Shown here piece after piece: positions 45,260-55,413 of a DNA stretch of 64,000 nt. The stretch is taken from NCBI GenBank assembly GCA_044376115.1, contig JBILLK010000016.1, forward strand, positions 32,001-96,000. The letters run 5' to 3'. The first letter of the stretch is position 1. Every line of letters starts with the position of its first letter. The notes below the pieces were generated by a model. The model saw only the letters and a list, made by a program, of their open reading frames with translations, did not search any database and was not told the DNA's origin. A program made the position numbers and the translations under genes. The DNA is from Polyangiaceae bacterium (GTDB lineage: Bacteria; Myxococcota_A; Polyangia; Polyangiales; Polyangiaceae).

Positions 45260-47046
45260 GCTTCCGCCGTTTGCATTTGCTGGCCCTCGGGGCGCTCACC
45301 TTGATCGGCGCCAGCTGCGACGGTCGCAAAGGCTTCAGTTCGAAGGGCTTTGGCCTGGCTGACGCCACCGTGCTCGAGTTCAATCTTTCGAAGGGCGTCT
45401 CCGAGCGTGGTGCCTCCACCTTGTTTGGCCCGCTTCCGGACACGTCGTACGCCGATTTGCTGGCGCAACTTCGTCAGGTGGATGCGAATGAGACCAAAGG
45501 CATCTTCATTCGGCTGGGCACCGCCAACCTCTCGCTCGCGCACGCCGAGGAGCTGGGACGGCGCTTCAAATCGTTGCGGGATCAGAACGTTACCGTGACC
45601 TGCCATGCGGATGATCTGGACAACTCCACCTTGTTCTTCTTTGCGCGGGCTTGCTCCAACATTTGGGTTACCCCGACCGGCGGCGTCGACAGCGTCGGCA
45701 TCGCCTTCCAGTTGATGTTCGCCAAGTCGCTGCTCGACAAGCTCGGCGTGGGCGTGGACTTCCTGCAGGTCGGCAAGTTCAAAGGCGCGCAAGAGCCGTA
45801 CACGCGGGATGAGCCCAGCCCGGAGGCGCGTCAGAGCGTCGAGGAGGCGCTCTCGAACGTGCGTGCAGCTTGGATCAGCGGCCTCGAGGAAGGGCGCGGC
45901 GCCGCGGCTACAGCCCACGTCGAAGATGGTCCGCACACCGCCGTAAAGGCCAAGGAACTCGGTCTAATCGACTCGATCGGTTACTTGGATGAGGCGCGCA
46001 AATCGGCGCTCGATGCGGCCTCGGCGAGCGATACGCGGCTGGCGTTCGGTGGGGCGCCCAACCAGAAGAACAACGACTTCGGCGACATCCTGCGCGCTCT
46101 TTCGGGAGCGGACGGCATGGGCACGCCGCACGTCGCGGTGGTTCGGGCCGTGGGCGCCATCACCATGGCGGGTGGCGGCGGGATTGGCGGCGGCGGAGAC
46201 GGCATCACCGAGGCCGCGTTGGGCAAGGTGATCACCAGCCTGACCGAGGATGACGACGTGAAGGCCGTGGTGCTTCGCATTGATTCGCCTGGCGGCTCAG
46301 CGCTCGCCTCGGACCTGCTGTGGCACAAGCTGATGCTGCTGCGCGACAAGAAGCCGCTGGTCATTTCGGTTGGAGGCATGGCCGCGAGCGGCGGCTACTA
46401 CCTCTCCTGCGCAGGGTCGCGCATCTTCGCCGAGCCCTCGAGCATCCTCGGCTCGATCGGCGTGGTGGGCGGTAAGTTCTCGTTGGGCAACACGCTCTCG
46501 CAAGTAGGCGTCCACGTCGTGACCATCCCCGCCTCTCCGGATCCGGTGAAGGCCAAGCGTGCGGCCTATCTCTCGCCCTTTGATCGTTGGGATGAGCCGA
46601 CGCGCGCCAAGGTGCGCGAGGGCATGGAGTCGATCTACGACACCTTCATCGATCGCGTGTCGACGGGGCGGGGGCTCTCGCCCGAGGAGGTTCAAAAGGG
46701 CGCAGAAGGCCGCATATTCGGCGGAAAGCGCGCGGTTGAACTCAAGCTCGTGGACGAGCTCGGTGGCTTGGAGGAGGCCATCTCCTACGCGTTGGAACAG
46801 GCCGAGCTGGGCAAAGACGGCACCGTCCGCATCCGCGGCGAGGCGGGGGGCTTTGCCGAGCTGCTCGCTGGCGATGCCGAGGCGGAGTCGAAGGTCGTTC
46901 AGCAGGCCGCGCTGCAGCTCGATCCAAGCCAGAAGCTGCTGGAGGCCTTCCCACTGGAGGTGAGGTCGTGGGTTGGCGCCGCTATGCCGATGGCCACGGG
47001 GGAGTCGGCGGTGCTGCTCACTCCGTTTGCCATCGTGGTGCACTGA
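45256..47046 (+). CDS. sppA: Signal peptide peptidase SppA (S49, tandem-domain), lipoprotein-like
   Basis: GKFKGA, LRIDSPGGSALASD, MAASGGYY, GSIGV, AEGRIF and LVDELGG; GTGA overlap with the upstream gene. Confidence 0.9.
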   Translation: MSFRRLHLLALGALTLIGASCDGRKGFSSKGFGLADATVLEFNLSKGVSERGASTLFGPLPDTSYADLLAQLRQVDANETKGIFIRLGTANLSLAHAEELGRRFKSLRDQNVTVTCHADDLDNSTLFFFARACSNIWVTPTGGVDSVGIAFQLMFAKSLLDKLGVGVDFLQVGKFKGAQEPYTRDEPSPEARQSVEEALSNVRAAWISGLEEGRGAAATAHVEDGPHTAVKAKELGLIDSIGYLDEARKSALDAASASDTRLAFGGAPNQKNNDFGDILRALSGADGMGTPHVAVVRAVGAITMAGGGGIGGGGDGITEAALGKVITSLTEDDDVKAVVLRIDSPGGSALASDLLWHKLMLLRDKKPLVISVGGMAASGGYYLSCAGSRIFAEPSSILGSIGVVGGKFSLGNTLSQVGVHVVTIPASPDPVKAKRAAYLSPFDRWDEPTRAKVREGMESIYDTFIDRVSTGRGLSPEEVQKGAEGRIFGGKRAVELKLVDELGGLEEAISYALEQAELGKDGTVRIRGEAGGFAELLAGDAEAESKVVQQAALQLDPSQKLLEAFPLEVRSWVGAAMPMATGESAVLLTPFAIVVH

Positions 47047-47194
47047 CGTGGTGCACCTCGCTGCAGCCGCTCAGCGATGGAATCGGCCCTGGCCGCTCCA
47101 GGTTGCAGGGCGTGGATCGCCGTGGCCTAACGCAAAGAACGCCATGGATTGGGCGTCGGCCTAGGCTTGGGTGGTACTCTCCTCAGGCACGAGC

Positions 47195-50100
47195 ATGGAC
47201 GCGACTGAAAGTGGGGCCAGTGACGATGGGGAAGGGACGCTGTCCGTTCCCTCGGAGGTCAGCTCGGAGACCGACCTCCCTCGGTATGAAGGCCCGCTTG
47301 CGGTCTTGGCCAACAAAGACGCCAAGCTCAAGGACGCCGAACTGCGCGGTGACCGCGCGACCGAGCGAAGGCTCGCGGTGGAGCTTGCGCGCCTTTTTGC
47401 GGAACGCGGGACGAACCTCGAGCTAGCCCTAAAGCTGGCTGAGCGCGCAACGAAGCTCGGCGGAGAGGACCCGCAGCTCCGGCTCGAGCTCGCTGGCTGG
47501 CGAGCCGGCCTGGGCGATCCAGCGGGGGCAGCGGCTCATCTCGAGGCAGCTGCGGTGGCGGAGGCGAGCAACCGCAACCTCGTGCGCGCGGGCGTCCTCT
47601 ACGGGCGCGGCCGCCGACCGAACGAGGCGTTGCGCGCCTTTGAAGCGGCCAGCGGGCGAGACAGCAGGGACCCCATTCCCCACGAGCTAATCGGCACGCT
47701 TTCTTCGTGGGCCGGCGACGTGGTCAGCAAGGACCGTGCAGCTGCGGCTTACTTGGACGCAGCCGAGCTCAGAGCCGGCGTTGGCGAAAATGATGGCGCG
47801 CTCGAGGATCTGCTGCGTGCCTTCGAGGTGAACCCTGCGTCGACGGTCGCCGCCGAACGAGTGGCCGGCGCCTTGTCGGCCGAGGGGCGAGGTTCAGCCG
47901 CCGACGAGATGCTGCGTGATCACGCGGCAGCGCTCGAGGACCACGGCGCGCCCGAGTCGGCGCTCATGGTTCACGCCAATCGCTTGGCGCGCGGGCTCGC
48001 GGCCGATGACGTTCCGGCCGCGCTCTCCGCCGTGCTCGATCTCGGGCTGTGTCAAAGCTCGCACGCCAACATAAGCCCCGAGATCGATCGGCGTATCGAC
48101 GAGGTGCTGACCCGCTGCGGCTTGCCCGAGCTCTTGGCGGTGCGGCTCACGCAGCGGGCCAAGGCGCGGCAAGGTGGTGCGCGCGCACAGCTGTTCGACG
48201 CTCTTGCGAGGCTTTTTTCAGGCGATTTGAAGTCGGACCGCGACGCCATGCGCGCCTTCGTCGAGAGCGCCGTGGCAGATCCGGCGCAGGCCTCGGCTTT
48301 GGACGCGCTGCGCGCGTACGAGCGACGCGACGACGATCACGAGGGCTTGGTCGAGGCCTTGGTGCGCATCGCCTCCGTCGTGCGGCCGCCCGAGGCGAGT
48401 CTGCAAACGCGGGCTAACCTCGCGCTCGAGTTGGCGGAGCTGGCCGAGTCGCGCGTGGGCGACCCAGCGCTTGCGGATTGGGCGCTCGAACGGGCGCGCA
48501 GCCTCGAGCCTGGCCGCGCCGAGGACGTGGCCCATTCGCGTGGTCGGCTGGAGGCCGAGCTCGCCGAGCGCGATGAAGAGATCAGCCGCGTCGAAGCGGC
48601 GGTCGAGGGGCGCGCTTCCGCTCAGCGCGAAGCTCGCTTGCTCCACTTCCGTAAGCTGGTCAGCCTGTACGGCCGCGCGCCAGCGTTCGAGGCGCGGACG
48701 TTCGACGCGCTGGCTGCGATCTGCCGGGCGGACGCCGAGGACGCGCTGGCCTTGCGTTCGCTGTCCCTGCTATTCCGACGCAGCGAGTTTCAGAACGCCG
48801 CCTGGTGCGAGCTCTACGAGAGCATCCTGCTCGGGCGTCTCGAGACCAGCCTTTCGCTTCGCGATGAGCTGTTCGTGCGCTCGGAGTTGGTGGAGCTGGC
48901 CTTCGCCAACGGGGCTGTCGCTGCAGCGCTTCGGACGGTGCTGCCGCTGCTCGAGCTGGTCGAGAAGGACTCGCGCACCGACCAAGCGCTCTCCTTGGGC
49001 GTGAGCGCGCTGGTGCTCGTGGTGCGCAGCGGGGATGGGCCGAGTCGGGAACAAGCTCGCGCTTATGCGGTGATCGCTGAGGTGCTCGGAGAGGCGCTAG
49101 GGGCGCTGTTTCTGGCAGCTGCCTCGGAGACCTACCGCATGGTCGGGGCGCTCACCGATGCGCGGCGGACGGCAGAGCGAGCGCTGGAGATGGACGCGGG
49201 CTGCACCCGCGCGGCGACGGCTTTGGCGCGCGTATCAGCGGTGCTCGGCGGGCGAGAAGCGGCTGTCGCGATCGAACGAGCGCTCGGCATCGTGGTGCCT
49301 CGGGCCTGGCTGTGCGACGCGCTGTCGCGCAGCCTCGAGTCGATCTCGGAGCATGAGCTGTCTTTCGCCTGGACGCAGCGTTGGCTGGCGCTGGTGCCCT
49401 CGGATCGCCGGGCGATGGCGGAGCTTCTACGCGGTTGTCTCGCTGGCACCGACCCAGCGCGCATCAGCAACGCGTTAAACTGGGTGCTCGCTCAGCCCGA
49501 TCCGCCCGAAGACCGTGCGCAGGTCTTTGTCGACGCTCTGACGCTGCTCTACGGTCTCGACGCCAAGATGGCGGGCCAAGTCGCTCGACGTGCGCTCGAC
49601 GTGTTCGGGCCGAGTCACGCGCTGGTGCGCGAGCGGTTGATGTCGCTCGCCGACGAGCACCACGATGCCGGCCTGGCGATCGCCGTTCTCGAGCGTTTCG
49701 TCGCTTCTAGCGCCGCGTCTCCGGTCGACGTGTTGGTCGAGTTGGCCCAGCGGCGACAGGACGTCTCGGATTTCGATGGCGCGGCGAGTGAGCTCGCTCG
49801 TGCGGCCGATCGCGCAGAGCCGAGCTTGTTGCTGCAGGTGGTCGCCGAGATCGAAAAGGCCAGCGATGGCGCGCTGCAGTCCGACGGTCTGATCGCGCTG
49901 ACCGAGGCACGCAGTCGCGCGCTCTTGCGCAAGCTGCGCCTGACACCCTCCCAAGCGCCCAAGTCGAACTCTGAAGCGGTCGAAAACGAGGCGCGGGAGC
50001 GCAGCAACCTGCTGCGCGATATCGTCGAGTCCTTCCGCATGCTCGGCGCGCTGCGCTGGGATTTGGCCGAAGACTCGCGAGGCGCGGAGCAAGCTCTGTT

Positions 50101-53100
50101 CGAGGCGGCCGAGCTTGATGTGGCCGCGGGCTTCGAGATTTACGCTCACGACCTCGCCGAGCTCGCCGGTCCCGAGCCCGCAGTCCGCGCCATCTTCGAG
50201 CGCGCGGGTCTGTCGGAGGACGAGCCGGTCGAGAAGCGCATGGCGCTTGCTCTGGCCGCAGCTCATCTTTCGGCCGAGCACGGGCTGGCGAAGTTTGCGC
50301 TGGAGGCTGCTCGCAAGGCGCTGGCAATCGAACCGGGCCACGCCGAGGCGATCTCGATCGCCGAATCGCAGGCCAGCCACGTGCCCGACGGTGACGCGCA
50401 AATCGACGCGATTTACACGGCGCTGGCTGCCACCGCGATGGGCGTTTACGGCCGGCGCGCCGCCCACTATCGCGCGGCCCGTACGCTCGAGCGGCTCGGC
50501 TCCAACGACCTCGCCGAAAAGCATGCGTTGGCGGCCTTCGAGGCCGTCCCCAACGAGGGCACCAGCTGGCAAATCCTCACGCGCCTGGTCGATCCCATCA
50601 CTGGCTCACAGCTCGCGGTGGACGCCTTCTTGGGCGTAGCCCAAACCGCCAAACGGCACGAAGTCGCCGGCTGGTACAAACGGGCGCTCGAGTTGTGCGG
50701 CAAAGACTCGGACGGCCTCAATCGTTCGCTCGACGTACTCTTGCGCGCGCTGTTCGCCGCACCCGAGATGTCTTTCGCGCTTGCGCTGCAAGAGACGTTG
50801 TCGCAGCTGAAGGACTTCGGCCCATACCCGGAGTTGCTTGCCGAGCGTCTGGACAAAGCGGCGCCCATCATCTTGACCAAGCTCGAGGGGCCGGATGGCG
50901 CGCGCACAGCGGCGCACTTATCCAAGGCGATGTTGCCGGTGGGAGCGACCAAGGGCGCTTTTGCCTGTCTCGAAGCAGCGGTCGAACTCGATGGCGGCGT
51001 CGAGGTGTTCGAACGTCTCTTCGGCGACGTCTGGCAATACGCCGAGAGCACTGAAGCCTCGGCGGCGTTCCTCGAGCGCGTTGAGCTGCGCGTCGCGGAT
51101 CCGCGCAGCGTCGTGGGGGCGCCGTTGCTCAATCTAGCGGCGGCCTTCGCGGCCGAGCTCGGTAAGAGCGACTCGGAGGTCGCGCTCAGCAAACGGGCGG
51201 AGCAGCTCGCCGCCGATGATCGGCCGCCGCCGACCGAGGTCCACGAGGACCCCTTCGCCGACCCAGCGTTCTTGGCCGATTCGGTGCCGCCGACGACCGA
51301 ACTGGACGCCGCGCAGCCGTCGGCTTCGCCTTCCGTTGAAGCACCCAAGACGCAAGACGCGTTGTTGGTGGTCGAAGAGGAAGAGGACGACGGAGAGGAG
51401 CCGGTGGCCCTGGTTGCTCCTTCCTCACGGCTGACTTCGGCTTCTCCTTCCAGCTTGCCGCGCACGCGGCGCTCCGCCTCGACGGTCGATTTTCACGTGG
51501 TGAAGGACGGCTTTGATGCGCTCTTCGCGACGCTCGAGGATCGCCCGCCGGACTCGACGGTAGGCCGCCCGAGCACCGCTCCGTCGATGCTGCCGACTTC
51601 GGCTCCGCCCGACTCGCTCGACGCACTGCAGCCGATCGTCCCCGGCGCGCCGCCGCTCACCAAGAACCTCGCACGCTCGCAACCAGCTCCGGCGCCGCAG
51701 CCCTCGCGGCCGGCCGCGGCCAATTCGCCCAGCGTTGCGCCGGCTGGGTCGAGCGCCGTGCCATCGACCGCCGCCACCCGTCGCTCGGTGGCGCCCGCGC
51801 TGGCGCGCGGGCTGAAGGAGCGGGCTCGCGAGCTCGAAGACGAAGGCCGCTTCGAAGAGGCCGCGCAGCTTCATTTGGAGCTTGTGTCGGATGCTGCGCA
51901 AGACGCCGCGGAGCGCGTGCACTCCGCCTTGGCCGCCGCCGAAGCGTTCGCCTTGGCCGGCGATGCACGCTCGTCGCTCAAGGCGCTCGATGCGTTGCCC
52001 AAGCAGCTCAACACGGCCGAGGTCGCGCAAAAGCGCATCGAGGTGCTGCGGCTGCTCGGCGATTCGTTCGGGGTGGTGGTCGCGATCGACCAGCTGATCG
52101 CTTTGGGCGATCTATCCGAGGAGAAGACGGCGCGGCTGCTCGTCGATGCTGCGCGTGCAGCCGCTGCAGCGGGCGATGAGCAAGGGGCGCTCGTGCGGGC
52201 GCGGCGCGCCGTTCGGCTTGCGCCGCTGATGCCCCTCGCGGTGCTCGAGTGCGCGCAACTCGAATACGCCGCGCGCGGTATGGGCACGCCTCGCGATGCC
52301 GCTGCACAGCTCGAGACCTTGCACGCGATCGAAGCCGATTTGGCGCCCGAGTTCGTCGAGTTGCACGCGTTTCTTCTGGCCGAGGCAACCGACGTCATCC
52401 ACGGTGGTGGCGCTGGTCTGCGCGAACTCTCCAAGCGCCACGCGGTGGTCGGTCCGCTGCCGTTGATCGCTCTTGGAATGGCCGAGCGGCTGCTACGCGC
52501 GCGCAACTTCGACGCGGCGGTCCCGCTGTTCGAGAAAGCGCTGCAAGGGGATCTGCGCAACGTTCGTAACAAGGCGCGCGTCTCCCTCGCTGCGGCGGAC
52601 GCGGCGATTCAAGCCGAACGGCTCAGCGACGCGGCGCAGTTCTTGTTGCGCGCGGAAGAGTCCGCTGACACCCGCGCACAGGTCGAACGTCGGCGTCGGG
52701 AAATCCTGGCTTACGACCCAGATCCCAACGTCGCTATACCGGTGCTCAAAGGGCTGGTCGAAGAGAGCTCCGGCCTGGTTCGCGCTCGCTACTTACAACG
52801 GCTCGGTCGCGTCGTTGCTAAAGAGGATTTTGAGGAAGGCGTGCGTTTGCTCGAGGACGCGATGGTGCTCGCTCGTCGCGACCGCGTGGTGGTCGAAGAG
52901 CTGCGCGCCGAACTCGTCGCCTTGATCGAGGTGAAGAGCGCGCGTGGTCGCCCGGCCTCCGAGCCCCAGCCCGAACCGCTCGCGGCCGAGTCGAAGCGCC
53001 TTTCGTCGCCACCCCTGCCATCGTCTTCGCCTGCGATCGCTCCCGTGAAGCCGCTCCGGGACGAGAACGAGAGCGCCCCGCCGTCCTCGGGCTGGGTTGC

Positions 53101-54634
53101 GCCGGTCGCGCCGATCGCGCTCGCGCCCAACTCCGCCGCACCGACGTCCACGCCGCGAGTGATCCCAGCGTTGCCCGCCGTTCCATCGCTGCTGCAGCCG
53201 CAGCCAGCCGCTGCTACGAGCGCTGCTGCAACGAGCGCCGCTCCGGCGAGGGCCGCTGCACCAATCACCCCTGAGCCGCCCGCCGCATCGATCATTACGC
53301 CGGCTGCCGCGGTTGCGCCGAGCGAGCCTGTTGCGAGCGACCTCGTGCTGCTCGAGGTCCCAGCGATCGAATGGGATGACGCCTCGGAGTCGGTCGCTCT
53401 TTCAGCCGCGGTTACAAGTCCCGAGCCCGCCCTCGTCGAGCCTGCCCCCACACCGTCGGTATCGCCGCGCCAATCCTATGAACGCCGCCTGATCCCGCCG
53501 GTTTCGCATACCTGGCCGGCGCGACCGAGCCTGTTATCGGCGGCGGAAGAGCACCTCTATGCGGAGCTGCTAGCGGGCTTTCCGGAGGCGGGGGACAAGC
53601 TGCTGAGCGGTCTCGACGCACAGCGACGGCGCGATCGCATCTTGGTCTTGCGCTATTTGGCGCTGCTCGCGCCCGGTGAACGACTGCACCTGGAGATGTT
53701 GCGGCGCGAAGTCGAACAGGACGGTGATGAGAGCTACGCGCAGGCGCTCGCCCACGTGCTTTCGGTGGTGGACGGTCGCTCGACGCCGGCGCCGCCGCTG
53801 GCCACACAAGCACGCGAGCCCGAGCTCGTTCATGCGCTCCTTACGCGGGGAGTGACCTCGCGCGAGGTGGAGGCGCTGCGCATCGTCTGGGACGCCGGCT
53901 TGTTCCGCAAAGACGCGGCCTCCTACGGTGTATCGCCGGGGAATCGGCTCGCGCTCGGCCAGGCCAGCGGGCTCGGGGACGCCTACCGCGAGTTGACCCA
54001 ATCGCTCGGCGCACCCCGACCGATTCACCATTTGCCGAATGATCCGTCGCCTGGGATCGGCGTTGCACTTTTGGCACAGCCTGCCATCGTGGTACGAGGC
54101 CCAGCCGCTCGAACGCGCGACCTGGTGTTCCAACTCGCGTGCGCGCACGTGAGCTCGGTGCCGGATCTGATCTTGGCCGCGCACCTGCCGAGCGCATCCT
54201 TGCAGTCGCTGTTCACGGTGTTGATGGCGGCCTTCGGTCCCATTGGTTCAGGCGGCGAAGACGCGCCGGGCTCGAGCGACGTCTTCCGCGAGGAGGCGAG
54301 GCTTTCGGCCGAGCTATGGCAGAGAATCAGCCCGGTCGCTGAGCGTCGTCTGCGCGAGCTGCTCGCGCCAGGCCCGCTCTCGGTGGCAGAGGCTCGTCGC
54401 GTCGCCATGCTGATTTCGTTCCGCGCCGGGCTGTTCGTTACCGCGGATCTGTCTCACGCGTTGTCTCTCGTCGCGCGCAGCGAGCAGTTCGCGTGGCCGC
54501 TCGAGGGCCCCGAGCCGCTCTTCGGCTTGTGCCTCGCGAGCGAGCTTGCTCGCGACCTCGTAAGCCTCGCGGTGCGCGGTGAGTTCGCCGGCGCGCGTTG
54601 GCAATCCCAGGCGCCGCGCTCCATCCGGCGGTGA
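47195..54634 (+). CDS. Giant TPR/alpha-solenoid protein (AgmK-like architecture)
   Basis: About 2480 aa of degenerate TPRs with two Pro/Ser-rich linkers and a C-terminal domain ending RAGLFVTADL...RDLV; no signal peptide. Confidence 0.8.
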   Translation: MDATESGASDDGEGTLSVPSEVSSETDLPRYEGPLAVLANKDAKLKDAELRGDRATERRLAVELARLFAERGTNLELALKLAERATKLGGEDPQLRLELAGWRAGLGDPAGAAAHLEAAAVAEASNRNLVRAGVLYGRGRRPNEALRAFEAASGRDSRDPIPHELIGTLSSWAGDVVSKDRAAAAYLDAAELRAGVGENDGALEDLLRAFEVNPASTVAAERVAGALSAEGRGSAADEMLRDHAAALEDHGAPESALMVHANRLARGLAADDVPAALSAVLDLGLCQSSHANISPEIDRRIDEVLTRCGLPELLAVRLTQRAKARQGGARAQLFDALARLFSGDLKSDRDAMRAFVESAVADPAQASALDALRAYERRDDDHEGLVEALVRIASVVRPPEASLQTRANLALELAELAESRVGDPALADWALERARSLEPGRAEDVAHSRGRLEAELAERDEEISRVEAAVEGRASAQREARLLHFRKLVSLYGRAPAFEARTFDALAAICRADAEDALALRSLSLLFRRSEFQNAAWCELYESILLGRLETSLSLRDELFVRSELVELAFANGAVAAALRTVLPLLELVEKDSRTDQALSLGVSALVLVVRSGDGPSREQARAYAVIAEVLGEALGALFLAAASETYRMVGALTDARRTAERALEMDAGCTRAATALARVSAVLGGREAAVAIERALGIVVPRAWLCDALSRSLESISEHELSFAWTQRWLALVPSDRRAMAELLRGCLAGTDPARISNALNWVLAQPDPPEDRAQVFVDALTLLYGLDAKMAGQVARRALDVFGPSHALVRERLMSLADEHHDAGLAIAVLERFVASSAASPVDVLVELAQRRQDVSDFDGAASELARAADRAEPSLLLQVVAEIEKASDGALQSDGLIALTEARSRALLRKLRLTPSQAPKSNSEAVENEARERSNLLRDIVESFRMLGALRWDLAEDSRGAEQALFEAAELDVAAGFEIYAHDLAELAGPEPAVRAIFERAGLSEDEPVEKRMALALAAAHLSAEHGLAKFALEAARKALAIEPGHAEAISIAESQASHVPDGDAQIDAIYTALAATAMGVYGRRAAHYRAARTLERLGSNDLAEKHALAAFEAVPNEGTSWQILTRLVDPITGSQLAVDAFLGVAQTAKRHEVAGWYKRALELCGKDSDGLNRSLDVLLRALFAAPEMSFALALQETLSQLKDFGPYPELLAERLDKAAPIILTKLEGPDGARTAAHLSKAMLPVGATKGAFACLEAAVELDGGVEVFERLFGDVWQYAESTEASAAFLERVELRVADPRSVVGAPLLNLAAAFAAELGKSDSEVALSKRAEQLAADDRPPPTEVHEDPFADPAFLADSVPPTTELDAAQPSASPSVEAPKTQDALLVVEEEEDDGEEPVALVAPSSRLTSASPSSLPRTRRSASTVDFHVVKDGFDALFATLEDRPPDSTVGRPSTAPSMLPTSAPPDSLDALQPIVPGAPPLTKNLARSQPAPAPQPSRPAAANSPSVAPAGSSAVPSTAATRRSVAPALARGLKERARELEDEGRFEEAAQLHLELVSDAAQDAAERVHSALAAAEAFALAGDARSSLKALDALPKQLNTAEVAQKRIEVLRLLGDSFGVVVAIDQLIALGDLSEEKTARLLVDAARAAAAAGDEQGALVRARRAVRLAPLMPLAVLECAQLEYAARGMGTPRDAAAQLETLHAIEADLAPEFVELHAFLLAEATDVIHGGGAGLRELSKRHAVVGPLPLIALGMAERLLRARNFDAAVPLFEKALQGDLRNVRNKARVSLAAADAAIQAERLSDAAQFLLRAEESADTRAQVERRRREILAYDPDPNVAIPVLKGLVEESSGLVRARYLQRLGRVVAKEDFEEGVRLLEDAMVLARRDRVVVEELRAELVALIEVKSARGRPASEPQPEPLAAESKRLSSPPLPSSSPAIAPVKPLRDENESAPPSSGWVAPVAPIALAPNSAAPTSTPRVIPALPAVPSLLQPQPAAATSAAATSAAPARAAAPITPEPPAASIITPAAAVAPSEPVASDLVLLEVPAIEWDDASESVALSAAVTSPEPALVEPAPTPSVSPRQSYERRLIPPVSHTWPARPSLLSAAEEHLYAELLAGFPEAGDKLLSGLDAQRRRDRILVLRYLALLAPGERLHLEMLRREVEQDGDESYAQALAHVLSVVDGRSTPAPPLATQAREPELVHALLTRGVTSREVEALRIVWDAGLFRKDAASYGVSPGNRLALGQASGLGDAYRELTQSLGAPRPIHHLPNDPSPGIGVALLAQPAIVVRGPAARTRDLVFQLACAHVSSVPDLILAAHLPSASLQSLFTVLMAAFGPIGSGGEDAPGSSDVFREEARLSAELWQRISPVAERRLRELLAPGPLSVAEARRVAMLISFRAGLFVTADLSHALSLVARSEQFAWPLEGPEPLFGLCLASELARDLVSLAVRGEFAGARWQSQAPRSIRR

Positions 54635-54816
54635 CGTCGATGCGAGCTTCAGCCTAGAATTGCGCGATGGATGCCCCCAGGAAGACGCCAGTGACAGCGC
54701 GGGTGCCGCCGCGACAGGGATGTCATGGCCAGCCCACCGTTCGCGCGCACGATGTCGCTCTGCGCGCCGGTTCTGCGAGCATTTCAGCGGTGGCACGCGT
54801 CTTGGATAGTCAGCTT

Positions 54817-55380
54817 GTGATTCGAGTCCTCGCGGTCCTCGGCGCAACCACCATGAGCTCTTGCCTCGTCGTTTCAGATCCCCAGTTTGATGCGCCCATT
54901 CGGCGAGCGCCGGTGTTCCTGCCGGACCGGGCCACGCCCGACTCTCGCCGCGTGATCAAGATCGACCAAACCACGCCGTCAGTGGATTTCGTTGCGCCCT
55001 TCGTCTCCGAGGACGTCGGCACCGACGTCGAGACCAGGCTCTTCATCGACTACGGAGTACCCACCGGGGACAACAAGTTCGTCTCGCTCATTCTCGGCAA
55101 CGTGATTCCGGCCGGCACGCTCGAAGACGGCGAGCGCATTGCCAAGGCCACCTGGCGCTCCGACCAAGCCACGCTCTCGCCCGGGTGCCACCGCATGACC
55201 TTGGTGGTTGCCCATGACTTCGGCGAGAACGGCTGCCCCATCACGCAACCGAATGATCCGCTCGGCTACGACGCCATCTCGTGGACGGTCGTGCGTTGTG
55301 ACGACGACTGTGCCTCCTTCGACCTAACCACCCAATGTCCCGCCTTCACCGACTCCTGCGCTCCTGAACCTTCGAACTGA
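54817..55380 (+). CDS. Hypothetical lipoprotein
   Basis: MSSC lipobox, RLFIDY and GCHRMTLVV. The start is uncertain (the ORF opens at 54667). Confidence 0.7.
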   Translation: MIRVLAVLGATTMSSCLVVSDPQFDAPIRRAPVFLPDRATPDSRRVIKIDQTTPSVDFVAPFVSEDVGTDVETRLFIDYGVPTGDNKFVSLILGNVIPAGTLEDGERIAKATWRSDQATLSPGCHRMTLVVAHDFGENGCPITQPNDPLGYDAISWTVVRCDDDCASFDLTTQCPAFTDSCAPEPSN

Positions 55381-55413
55381 CGATCAACCTCCCGTTCAAC
55401 CGAAAGCAGAATC

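Noticed and set aside
54791..54806. TGGCACGCGTCTTGGA as a sigma54 promoter
   Set aside because: The -12 dinucleotide is GG and the gene start is uncertain; support is insufficient.
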